This document shows positions 10,333-19,069 of a DNA stretch of 64,000 bases, piece by piece. A model generated the notes under the pieces. The model was given only the letters and a program-made list of their open reading frames with translations. It ran no database searches and was not told the origin of the DNA. Position numbers and translations under genes: made by a program. How positions within the stretch are numbered: the first letter of the stretch is position 1; each line of letters begins with the position of its first letter. The stretch comes from a virus (taxonomy: Duplodnaviria > Caudoviricetes): IMG/VR virus record IMGVR_UViG_3300037418_001301, positions 1-64,000 of that record; one strand, 5' to 3'.

Positions 10333-10596
10333 ATGATCTCCATTGGGAGTGAAAGCATGCTGAGACGAAACTTTTTGGCCGGGCTAGCGTCGTCTACAAT
10401 CGCCGTTCCCGTCCGCGAAACATCAAACAAGCGGTTGCGTGATGCGTTAGACAATCTGAAGCTGGCACTCATGAGCGATCCGTCAATAGGAAATTTTGAG
10501 GTTCACTACAATCCTCACTCCCCGACCGTCGTAGTCATCGCTGCATTTCGAAATACGCTAGCCGGTGCGTCCGAGGAGGACGGCCACAACATTTAG
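10333..10596 (+). CDS. Hypothetical protein with twin-arginine-like N-terminus
   Basis: MLRRNFLAGLASS from the ATG at 10357. Confidence 0.5.
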   Translation: MISIGSESMLRRNFLAGLASSTIAVPVRETSNKRLRDALDNLKLALMSDPSIGNFEVHYNPHSPTVVVIAAFRNTLAGASEEDGHNI

Positions 10597-10902
10597 GATT
10601 TCCTGCTGCCTCTCGGGCGGCGCTTTAGCCAATTGATCCTGGATGCTCCAGATGGCCGATTTCATGGTCGGGTCGCGCATGAGCAAATCGGCCGGCTCAC
10701 AGTTAAGCGCGTCGGCAATCGCCTCAAGCATCGGCTGGCTGTAACCCTGCTTCCCATTTTCAAGTTGTGAGATCGATGAGACAGCGACATCGAGGCGGCT
10801 GGCAAGCTGCTCTTGCGTTAGCCCGCGATGCTTTCGCCACTGGCGGATAAAATGCCGTGGGCGATCGTCGCCTTTGAGGTTGGTTTTCACTCGCGTTCCC
10901 AT
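10558..10902 (-). CDS. cI: CI-like XRE repressor
   Basis: IRQWRKHRGLTQEQLASRLDVAVSSISQLENGKQ; divergent from a cro-like gene; no S24 peptidase domain. Confidence 0.85.
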   Translation of the reverse strand: MGTRVKTNLKGDDRPRHFIRQWRKHRGLTQEQLASRLDVAVSSISQLENGKQGYSQPMLEAIADALNCEPADLLMRDPTMKSAIWSIQDQLAKAPPERQQEILNVVAVLLGRTG

Positions 10903-10944
10903 GATTCTATTTTCGCACCTGCAAAAAAATCACTCCATAGCGCC

Positions 10945-10990
10945 TGACTGATATTTTTCGCTTGACTGAATTTCGTTTTGACTGAATATA
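10945..10990 (+). promoter_or_regulatory. PR-like promoter/operator array
   Basis: TGACTGA at 10945, TTGACTGAA at 10962 and 10978; TTGACT-N17-AATATA upstream of the cro ATG. Confidence 0.65.
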
Positions 10991-10996
10991 GGGGGC

Positions 10997-11200
10997 ATGG
11001 AAAAGCTCAGAGAATTCTTCAAGGCAAATCGCGGGATGCAGTCGAAGCTTGCAGAGCTTCTGAATTTGCAGCCATCAACGATATCCCAGTGGAAGTCTGT
11101 TCCGGTGGAGCATTTGCCGGAAGTAGAGGCATTCACGGGCATTCCTCGCGAAGAGCTTTTGCCGGACGCGTTCCGGGTCGCTCGGGAGGATGCGGCATGA
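10997..11200 (+). CDS. cro: Cro-like regulator
   Basis: KLAELLNLQPSTISQWKSVP...EAFTGIPREELLPD; divergent from cI. Confidence 0.8.
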   Translation: MEKLREFFKANRGMQSKLAELLNLQPSTISQWKSVPVEHLPEVEAFTGIPREELLPDAFRVAREDAA

Positions 11201-11760
11201 GTAAGCGCAATGGACATGATAGGTACGTCTATTTCATTCGCCAAGTCGGTGGCGTCGGCCCGATCAAGATAGGCTGCTCGCGTAACGTCGGCGAGCGCCT
11301 CGAAAATCTCATGATCTGGTCTCCGATGCCTCTCGAAGTTCTTGCTGCCGCGCCGGGCGGCTACAAGCTTGAGCGCAACATTCAGGAATGCTTCGCTGAT
11401 CTTTTCAGCCACAAGGAATGGTTCCATCCGGGCGAGCGGCTTTTGAAAGCCATAGCCGACTTGGCGAGCGGCGTTCCGCTGCATGAGGCTGTCAATCTCA
11501 ACGAACGTCGCGGCAGGGCATCGTCTCTCCCAAGAGTTTTGCCGGGGACGGAAGGTCGTCGCAGTTATGTGATGAGGATGGTCTGGGCGGAGAAGAAACT
11601 TCCCCGCAATTTCGAAGTCCCTGGTTGGGCCTGGGAACCGTTGAGGAGATGGATGCGTCATGGCGCGTCACACCCGCCAACAGAGGCGCAAATCGCGCTG
11701 ATAGAGAAATTTCTCTCAGACCCGCTGGCACATGCCGTGGAAAGGAAGGTGGCAGCATGA
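11197..11760 (+). CDS. GIY-YIG-like (T5orf172/MUG113) protein
   Basis: YVYFIRQ...PIKIGCS.NV.ERL...LE......F......EWF. Confidence 0.8.
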   Translation: MSKRNGHDRYVYFIRQVGGVGPIKIGCSRNVGERLENLMIWSPMPLEVLAAAPGGYKLERNIQECFADLFSHKEWFHPGERLLKAIADLASGVPLHEAVNLNERRGRASSLPRVLPGTEGRRSYVMRMVWAEKKLPRNFEVPGWAWEPLRRWMRHGASHPPTEAQIALIEKFLSDPLAHAVERKVAA

Positions 11761-12698
11761 GCAATTTTGCAGACGTGAAAGTTATCCAAAGTGCAGAAGG
11801 AAATGTTTCCAAATACGTGTTCAGCAATGAACGCGGGGTTGCCGAGTCCGTCCTCTATCGCTACCCAGATTACCAGACGCGGACGGTGATTTGCTGCTCG
11901 ACCATGAGCGGATGTCCAGTTGGTTGCCGGTTCTGCGGCGCGGGCGATTACTTCGTTCGCAACTTCTCGCCTGCCGAGATCGTGGAGCAGGTTGATCGGT
12001 GCATCGCCGATACTGGCGTAGATCCAGCCACCATGAAGCGCCTGCAGATTATGTTCATGAGCATGGGCGAGCCGCTGCTGAACAAGGGCGGCATGATTTT
12101 CGCTCTCAAGACGCTGTACGAGCGCTACCCGAACGCTGCGCTGCTCATCTCCACCATCGGCCCGGATATCGATTATTCGTGGGTGCATGCGATTAGCAAG
12201 GAAATCCCGATGATCGGGCTGCAGTTCAGCATCCATGAATCGACGGATGAAGAGCGGGACGAACTGATCCCGTTCAAAAAGAAGCTGTCGATCAGCGCCA
12301 TCGCGAGGGTAGGCGAGTTTTGGAACGCCGCGACGAAGCGCAAGCCGTTCTTCAATTATTGCGCAGGCGATGACAATTCTTCGGATGAAGACGCTGAACG
12401 CATCCTCATGGACTTCAACCCCGCTGTCTGGAACGCCACCGTTTCCGTCATCTGCGAGCGCAACGAAGGCATGCCAGCGCGCAACGAACATCAGGTGGAG
12501 TTGGCAGCCAACTTCGCAAGCAAGCTCGTCCAGCGCGGCTATGACGTCCGCGTGTTTGATCCTGCAGGTCAGGATGACATCGGAGGCGGCTGCGGCCAAC
12601 TGTGGTTCGTCCAGAAGTGGATGCAGGATCACCCGGAACTCGCAAAGCCTAGCGTAGGTCATGGCTTGCCCTCCGTGCATACCCCGGAGGCAGCATGA
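11757..12698 (+). CDS. RlmN/Cfr-family (class A) radical SAM methyltransferase-like protein
   Basis: ICCSTMSGCPVGCRFC (CxxxCxxC), MSMGEP, LQFSIH...RDELIP, DIGGGCGQL. Confidence 0.9.
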   Translation: MSNFADVKVIQSAEGNVSKYVFSNERGVAESVLYRYPDYQTRTVICCSTMSGCPVGCRFCGAGDYFVRNFSPAEIVEQVDRCIADTGVDPATMKRLQIMFMSMGEPLLNKGGMIFALKTLYERYPNAALLISTIGPDIDYSWVHAISKEIPMIGLQFSIHESTDEERDELIPFKKKLSISAIARVGEFWNAATKRKPFFNYCAGDDNSSDEDAERILMDFNPAVWNATVSVICERNEGMPARNEHQVELAANFASKLVQRGYDVRVFDPAGQDDIGGGCGQLWFVQKWMQDHPELAKPSVGHGLPSVHTPEAA

Positions 12699-12762
12699 CC
12701 ATCTCCCCCTATCCCATCTCCCGCCGTCTCCCGGCTCATATCCGCTCCAATGAGGTGACGGG

Positions 12763-14019
12763 ATGAGCACAGACAATCGGTTCGAACTCAAAGCGCAGAA
12801 GCTGCCAGAGGCGGAATATCCGAAAGAAATCTGGTTTTCTGCGCTCAATGCCTATCGTGAAATTGGGCTCAGGCAGGGCGGAACCACATCTGACCGCGTG
12901 AATGCAATTGCGGACGCCATCATAGTTGATCGCGAGCGATGCAAGACGATAGCAGACGCTGAAATCGGACACATGCTCGAAGAATACATGAAGGCACTCC
13001 AAGACGCCGACCACTGGCATGCGCATGTCGGCACGTTGCTGGGCATCATCGAACAGACTTACGATTTGGGTGACGACATCGACGCCGAGGATCGTCCAGC
13101 CTTCGATCAGATCAACGGCGAATACGAAGCGCGTTGTCTTGAAATCAAAGATGGCGCAGCCGAGTGCCGAAAGATTCTTGAAAAGGCAAAGGCAAGAGTA
13201 GCCGCCATGCAAGGGGAGGAGTGAATGGATACGATAAGTCAGTACCGCAAGCTCGCCCGCGAAATAGCTGAGAACAGCATTGTCACTAAGGCGCTCGCAA
13301 AAATGCTTGAGCAAGTTGTCGAAGAAGCGGTGAAAGCAGAGCGCGAACGTTGCCTGCTTGAGATTTGTTACCAGGCCGACTGGCTTTTGAAGGACGTGCA
13401 GAACCAGGCCGTGCTGCTTGACGATATTCGCGCTCGTATTCGTGGGGAAGCATAGATGCCGCACGATCCAGACAGCGCATACGTCTTCTCGCTCAAGCGC
13501 CATGCTGAATGCTCCATGTGCTGGCAAAGCATTTCTGAGGATGGCGTCAAAATGCGTGACTACTTCGCGGCTCACTGCCCAGACAGTTGGCTTAAGGAGA
13601 GCATGCCAAAGACAATAGGCGCCATTCGAGACGCGATGATTGCGAGGCGCATAATCCCGGCCGATCGGCGGAACGGCGACGTGTTGCGTTCCTACGATGA
13701 TGGCGACGAGGCTGCATTGAGGGTCGCCCTGCGCTGGGAATATGCCGACATGATGATGAAGGCGAGGGCTGCATAAATGCCCCACCACAACGAACAATAC
13801 GACTGCATGGCCGAGCAGTGGCTTCCCTACGATCCAGACGCCAACTGCACAATGCCATGCGGCACAGAGCGAGACACAATCAGCAGCGACATATTCGACT
13901 GGCTGTTTGAGCGCGCTCCAAAGGCAATATCTCGCAAGCCTGTTCAAAGGGAAACATTGATGGGATGCTCCAAGGCGAGATCTGCTCATGATCTTTCTGA
14001 GGTCGAGGGGGGATTTTAG
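12763..14019 (+). other. Run of small hypothetical ORFs (12763-13224, 13225-13455, 13456-13776, 13777-14019)
   Basis: Abutting plus-strand ORFs, several with SD sequences. Confidence 0.55.
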
Positions 14020-14523
14020 ATGGCTCACACGCTCAGGCCTATACCTGCCAAGATGCTTGCAGTCCTGAAGTACGATCCCGCGTCCGGCGCAATTATTAGA
14101 ATTGCCGGACCAAGGAACGCAAAATTGGGATGCCGTATGGACGCGATCGGCAGTCATGGCTACCGGAGGGTGAGAATTTGGGGATATCCTTATGCCGCTC
14201 ACAGAGTTGCCTGGTTTCTGCACTTCAAAGAGCAGCCGCCATCTCTGATAGATCATATTAACGGAGATAAATCCGATAATAGAATTACCAATCTGAGGTC
14301 TGCTAACTACGCGCAAAACAAGGCAAATTCCGGTCTGCAGAGAAATAATACTTCTGGGTTCAAGGGTGTTACTTGGAACAAGGCGAGCGAAGGGTGGCAA
14401 GCTCAATTCAAGACTAACAAAAAATGCCATTATCTTGGCATCTTCGATACTCCAGAAGAGGCCAATGCTGCATACGAAACAGCACTCAAGCATCATCTCG
14501 GAACGTTTGAGAGGGTTTTCTGA
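14020..14523 (+). CDS. HNH endonuclease with AP2 domain
   Basis: AHRVAW...IDHINGDKSDNRITNLR...N, then SGFKGV.W...WQAQ...YLG.F.TPEEA. Confidence 0.9.
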   Translation: MAHTLRPIPAKMLAVLKYDPASGAIIRIAGPRNAKLGCRMDAIGSHGYRRVRIWGYPYAAHRVAWFLHFKEQPPSLIDHINGDKSDNRITNLRSANYAQNKANSGLQRNNTSGFKGVTWNKASEGWQAQFKTNKKCHYLGIFDTPEEANAAYETALKHHLGTFERVF

Positions 14524-15135
14524 CATGCTGACGCTCGGCTGGATATTCATCGGCATCCTCATCTGCGGATTTGTTGCCTGCTACGGCTTTGTTGTCGGCG
14601 TGGCGATAAAGGATTTGCTGCCGCGCATGGATTTCATTCGCCGGTTTCGGCAGCGCTTCGAACGCGCTGCGGCGATCGCTTCCACTGATGACAGCACATA
14701 CGGCAGCGAGATCGATCCGACGCGCGGCCGCGGCTCCGATTTTCCATTTGCGGGGCGGTGAGATGGCGAAAATTCCAGAGCCAATGCTTCATCTGCCTTT
14801 CCGCTCCCTGTTGGAACTCGGCTTCGACACTCAGGACATTGCGAACGCCAAGGGCATTCACGAGGCCGATGTCTACAACACGCTCGCCCGAGAGAAGGGC
14901 GTAACTTTCTACAACGGCCAGCTTGGAGCGCATTTTATTCGCGCTGCCAGCGGCATGAAATGAAGTCGGTGCTGGCCGCTCAGTTCTTGGCGGGACTGCG
15001 GCCTTAACCGATGTGAATACCGCCGATACGGTCCTCCCGCGGCGGGGCGCCTAGTGAGGGAGCAAGAGGCAGGGCAATACGCGCTCTTCTCCCTCACTTC
15101 GAAGCCCAGGTGGGCGAGGACCAAGTCGGCAAAGG

Positions 15136-15648
15136 ATGGGCTTCGGCCTTTCTCGTAATGCCCGGAGTGTCTTGACGATGGTCAAGGTAACAAGGGCGCA
15201 AAAAATGTGGCGGTCAAAAACCCACTTAAATTTGGTCAAAAAGAACGAGGCAACGCAGATGGTTTACGTAGACGCGATTGGCCCCGGCGGAGAAAGCAGG
15301 GCGCAGCAATACGCAAAGAAGTTGTTCCAACTCAGGAACAAAGGGTGGGGCGACGAGCCAGAGGCGCTCAAGGAAGTAGCCACGCGAAGTCGCGTTTCAC
15401 CACGCAGTTTCAAGCGCATCATGAAGGGCGAGGTAGAGGCTAAGGAAAGCATCGGCGCCCGCATCAGGAATGCCTATCTCGCATATTGCGCCGAACTCGT
15501 ATCGCGTCTCCAGCATGAAATTGAAGTCGAACAAAAGGTCCACGGCGATGCTGCTGATTTTCAAGATCTGGGCGAAGAGGTGGAAATTCTGGCTCGCAAA
15601 ATTGAAGCGGCGCGGAAGCGCCAAGCCCCCAAAGAAGGACAGCGCTGA
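15136..15648 (+). CDS. Putative HTH regulator (CII-like position)
   Basis: HTH-like segment EALKEVATRSRVSPRSFKRIMKGE plus a coiled coil; start uncertain. Confidence 0.55.
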   Translation: MGFGLSRNARSVLTMVKVTRAQKMWRSKTHLNLVKKNEATQMVYVDAIGPGGESRAQQYAKKLFQLRNKGWGDEPEALKEVATRSRVSPRSFKRIMKGEVEAKESIGARIRNAYLAYCAELVSRLQHEIEVEQKVHGDAADFQDLGEEVEILARKIEAARKRQAPKEGQR

Positions 15649-16238
15649 TGACGTGCGCAGTTCAGGGATGTGAAAAGGCGGCCAAGGTAAAAGGATGGTG
15701 CAATCCACATTATCAGCGATGGATCAGGCATGGCGACCCTGTCGGGGGAAGAACGGCTCAAGGAGAACCGTTGAAATTCCTCCAAGATGTCGTCCTCGCC
15801 TATAAAGGCGACGATTGTTTGATCTGGCCATATGTCAAAAATCAAGACGGCTACGGACAAATGAAGGTCCGCGGCAAGATGGAGACGGTGTCGCGCATAG
15901 TTTGCGAGATCGCGCATGGAATGCCTCCGAGTCCTAATCACGAAGCCGCCCATAGTTGCGGCAATGGGGACAAGGGCTGCTGCACTCAAGAACATTTGCG
16001 ATGGGCAACGACCAAGGAGAACTTCGCCGACCGTCTAAAGCATGGAACCTATACTCGTGGCGAGCGGCATCCGATGGTGAAGCTCACAGAGGCAGACGTT
16101 CATGAGATTAGGCGTCTGCGAGGTTCAGGCGTGCCGCTTTCGGATCTCGCCGACAGGTTCTCGGTGACTAATGTAACGATTAGCCAGATCGCCCGACGAA
16201 AGACATGGATATGGCTTGAAGAGGAAAGGATTATCTGA
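15648..16238 (+). CDS. HNH homing endonuclease
   Basis: C..GC...GWC..HY zinc motif; DDCLIWP...GYG...SR...AAHSCGNG..GC...HLRWAT..EN. Confidence 0.88.
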   Translation: MTCAVQGCEKAAKVKGWCNPHYQRWIRHGDPVGGRTAQGEPLKFLQDVVLAYKGDDCLIWPYVKNQDGYGQMKVRGKMETVSRIVCEIAHGMPPSPNHEAAHSCGNGDKGCCTQEHLRWATTKENFADRLKHGTYTRGERHPMVKLTEADVHEIRRLRGSGVPLSDLADRFSVTNVTISQIARRKTWIWLEEERII

Positions 16239-16786
16239 TGACGGAAGCCCTCCGCAACACGACGCTGAATGAGGACGAGCGCGCCGCGCTCTACGGCTAT
16301 CTCTGCCGTCAGGAACGCGACCAACTGGCGGTGATTGCGGAGGCGGAAGCCAAGCGCAAGGAGAACTTCAAGAAGGCAAAAGAGTGGTCTTTCAGCAAAG
16401 AGGAGATCACCTTCCACGAAAAGGCGCGCAAGGCCGGTGAAGGCTCCTCGATCATCAAGAAGCATGCTCTTCACAAGACGATCCTGATCAAGATTGGGTT
16501 TATCTCGGATGATCGTGGCGGCGACTTGCTCTCAGATCGCGTCGACAAGCTCCAACTCCACAATCGCCGCGGATACGACGACGGACTATGCGGGGAAGGC
16601 GGTCCAGGAGCCTCAGGTTTCGCCGCCAACAGCGATGAGGACCGCGCCTATATGGACGGCTGGAAAGAAGGACAACGCGTCTACGTCGAGAATTGGCAGG
16701 CTGCAATGGAGAAGGCGATTGCCGCCAAGACGAATGAAGAGCCGCCGGCAAGCACGGACGCGGACCCCTTCGAGGACGCTGCATAA
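16238..16786 (+). CDS. Hypothetical protein, GapR-like N-terminus and Rmf-like C-terminal motif
   Basis: RGYDDGLCG...AYMDGWKEG resembles Rmf (RGYQAGIAG...WLGGW); recognised by eye. Confidence 0.5.
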   Translation: MTEALRNTTLNEDERAALYGYLCRQERDQLAVIAEAEAKRKENFKKAKEWSFSKEEITFHEKARKAGEGSSIIKKHALHKTILIKIGFISDDRGGDLLSDRVDKLQLHNRRGYDDGLCGEGGPGASGFAANSDEDRAYMDGWKEGQRVYVENWQAAMEKAIAAKTNEEPPASTDADPFEDAA

Positions 16787-17026
16787 CAAAGTGCTCGGGC
16801 TCGCTGTCCTCCCAAGTGCGAGCCTGCAAACTACTCAGCCGCGAATGGCTGAGGCTTTTATTCAAAGCCGGAGTGAAGGCCGGCCAGAATGGCGGATGAA
16901 ATGATCCCAGACGGGGCACGATTTCCATCCAAAAATTCGCTCAGTTAATGCCAATTTCGCCCAGGGCGGACCTGCTGCGGCGATGCGTTTCGGATCACAG
17001 GCCAGAGCACCGAAAGGAGAATTCAC

Positions 17027-17542
17027 GTGCTTAAGAACTTGCTGTTTTACCGCCTGTTGATCGTCAACACTGGGGCCATCCTCTTGATGGCGTGGGGGTT
17101 TACCACTGGTTATATCCAAAACCTTGTCTCGGGCGAAATCAGAGGGCTACCCTACGCCATGGCCGCACTGTTTCTCGTCGGTTTTGTCTCGACCTTCATA
17201 CGAGCGTCGAAGGTCAGCAGTGGGCTCAATACAGTCAAGAGCAAAGGCGTTTATGACGCGAGCAAGATAGCAATCAAGAACGCCCACATCGGCGACATCG
17301 GCAGTTGGCTTGTGACCCTTGGACTGATTGGCAACATCGTTGGCTTTACCATGGCGGTGTCAAAAGTCGATCTCTCCGGCGGTCCTGATCAGGCGATGGC
17401 GGCAATCGGCGCGATGATGGATGGAATGAAGTTCGCTTTCAATAACACTCTGATCGGCACGGCCCTCGGCCTTTGGACCTTGGTCAATGCCAGAATGCTT
17501 TCGACGGCAACGGCGCTCCTTGAGAAGGACGCCACGTCATGA
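17027..17542 (+). CDS. MotA/TolQ/ExbB proton-channel family protein
   Basis: Hydrophobic helices; LVTLGLIGNIVGF and GMKFAFNNTLIG motifs; SD GAAAGGAG, GTG start. Confidence 0.82.
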   Translation: MLKNLLFYRLLIVNTGAILLMAWGFTTGYIQNLVSGEIRGLPYAMAALFLVGFVSTFIRASKVSSGLNTVKSKGVYDASKIAIKNAHIGDIGSWLVTLGLIGNIVGFTMAVSKVDLSGGPDQAMAAIGAMMDGMKFAFNNTLIGTALGLWTLVNARMLSTATALLEKDATS

Positions 17543-18144
17543 AAAGCGCCGATGAAGTTAATTCCGTCGCCTATCGCGACGTGCTGATGAATACAATTCT
17601 TGGCCTTGTGATGATGATTGCCATCGTATTCCTCCTGGTGAAGGTGGAGACGTCAAGGGCTATGGCGCAGGCCGAGCCGCCTGGAAATCTCATGGTTGAT
17701 ATCACATGGCCGCAAGGTGACACCGATGTTGACCTCTGGGTAACGGGACCGGGAGAGCCCGTCCCGGTCGGATATTCGAACAAGGGCGGCGTGCTCTGGA
17801 ACCTGCTGCGTGACGACCTCGGCAACTGGCCCGATGCCACACCGTTCAACTACGAGAATGCCTATACCCATGGGATTGTGCCAGGAACGTATTGGGTCAA
17901 TGTCATGTGTTATTCCTGCAAGATATTTCCTGTACCCGTTGATGTTGAAATATCGCTTAATCCTGGCAAGGGCGAGAAAGACAATAAAGCACCCACGAAA
18001 ATCATCCTGATTACGAAGGTCATGCTCACCAAGCCAGGCCAAGAACGCACCGCAGTGAGTTTCAAAATGGACGCTGCTGGCAGGATTGATGATGCCTCCC
18101 TCAATTCCGTTTTCCGGCCGCTACGGTCGGCAAAGAAGGGATAA
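17539..18144 (+). CDS. ExbD/MotB-like membrane-anchored protein with YfaP/DUF2135-like domain
   Basis: N-terminal TM preceded by a conserved-type Asp (AYRDVLMNTILG); W...DTDVDLWV.GP...DD motif. Confidence 0.65.
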   Translation: MKSADEVNSVAYRDVLMNTILGLVMMIAIVFLLVKVETSRAMAQAEPPGNLMVDITWPQGDTDVDLWVTGPGEPVPVGYSNKGGVLWNLLRDDLGNWPDATPFNYENAYTHGIVPGTYWVNVMCYSCKIFPVPVDVEISLNPGKGEKDNKAPTKIILITKVMLTKPGQERTAVSFKMDAAGRIDDASLNSVFRPLRSAKKG

Positions 18145-18148
18145 GCCA

Positions 18149-18676
18149 ATGCTCAACATAATCCCCACCGATGTCATCGCGCCGGCATCAATCCTGCTTT
18201 TCGTCTGCGGAGTAATGGCGACCGTAACTGTCTGGTCAAGACGGGAAACCAGTTTGCGGCTCGCTTCCGTGGCTGGACTGTTTATCTCCATTCCCGTTGT
18301 CATCGCCGCACTCTCGTTCACGCTCGGCTGGCCTGTGCCTTTGATCGCTGGACTAAATGCGCCTCCTGGTGATTGGCAGGTGATTGGATCGAAGATGGTT
18401 GTCGGTGAGGGCATATATGTCCTGCTCGATACAGGCGATGTTCCGAGACATTACCGGCTGCCATGGGACAAGAAAATGTCCGACAAACTGCAAGAGCTTC
18501 TGGATGGCCAGCAGAACGGCGAGCGCGGCGATCTCAGGCTCAAAATGCCTCCCTTCGAATTCAGTTGGAGCCGCAAGAAGCCCCCGGAATTCTACGCGAT
18601 GCCTCAACCGAAGGTCATCCCTGACAAACCACGTCAGACAGAACATCCGAAACGGTACAATTCGATCGGCGCATGA
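18149..18676 (+). CDS. Membrane protein, third gene of the MotA-like cassette
   Basis: Two N-terminal TM helices and a soluble C-terminus (PRHYRLPW). Confidence 0.65.
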   Translation: MLNIIPTDVIAPASILLFVCGVMATVTVWSRRETSLRLASVAGLFISIPVVIAALSFTLGWPVPLIAGLNAPPGDWQVIGSKMVVGEGIYVLLDTGDVPRHYRLPWDKKMSDKLQELLDGQQNGERGDLRLKMPPFEFSWSRKKPPEFYAMPQPKVIPDKPRQTEHPKRYNSIGA

Positions 18677-18691
18677 CGGAATGACTGCCGA

Positions 18692-19069
18692 GTGAAGCGG
18701 CAGGATAGTAAGGCGGATGAAATGATAATACACCAACGACAAGCGTTCTGTTGCCCTGCCTGCGGCGGGTTCATCGGCGAAGCTGCTCCGCTCGACTTCG
18801 TTGCCAAGACCATCCCCGGTTACCAGGCGCAAGTATTGATGGTCTTACGTCGGCATATTGGCGAGCCAGTTGCCAAAGATCACCTCGCCGACATCATTTA
18901 CCGCGGCGATCCGAACGGCGGGCCGCTCTATTCGAACAACACAGTTCCAGAGCATGTCAAACGGCTGCGCAAGCGCCTTGAGGTGTTTGGGTGGACCATT
19001 GCAGTGCAAGGGCGCGGGCAGGGCGTGCATGCCACCTACCGGCTTATCCCGCTGGAGGCTGGCGCATGA
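18692..19069 (+). CDS. Zn-ribbon plus OmpR/PhoB-type winged-helix protein
   Basis: CCPACGG; HLADIIY...VPEHVKRLRKRL...G..Y.L. Confidence 0.7.
   Translation: MKRQDSKADEMIIHQRQAFCCPACGGFIGEAAPLDFVAKTIPGYQAQVLMVLRRHIGEPVAKDHLADIIYRGDPNGGPLYSNNTVPEHVKRLRKRLEVFGWTIAVQGRGQGVHATYRLIPLEAGA

Noticed and set aside
11658-12848. 396-aa minus-strand ORF
   Set aside because: Shadow of the radical SAM gene in GC-rich DNA.
12736-14562. 608-aa minus-strand ORF
   Set aside because: Antisense to five closely spaced plus-strand genes, including a clear HNH-AP2; no motifs; treated as a shadow ORF.
16795-16880. Possible tRNA in the hairpin cluster
   Set aside because: No cloverleaf, T-loop (TTCRA) or CCA; only simple hairpins, perhaps a terminator.
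17027-18144. Calling the MotA-like pair Zorya or a flagellar stator
   Set aside because: No long ZorA tail, no OmpA-like peptidoglycan-binding domain, and no zorC/D/E or flagellar genes nearby.
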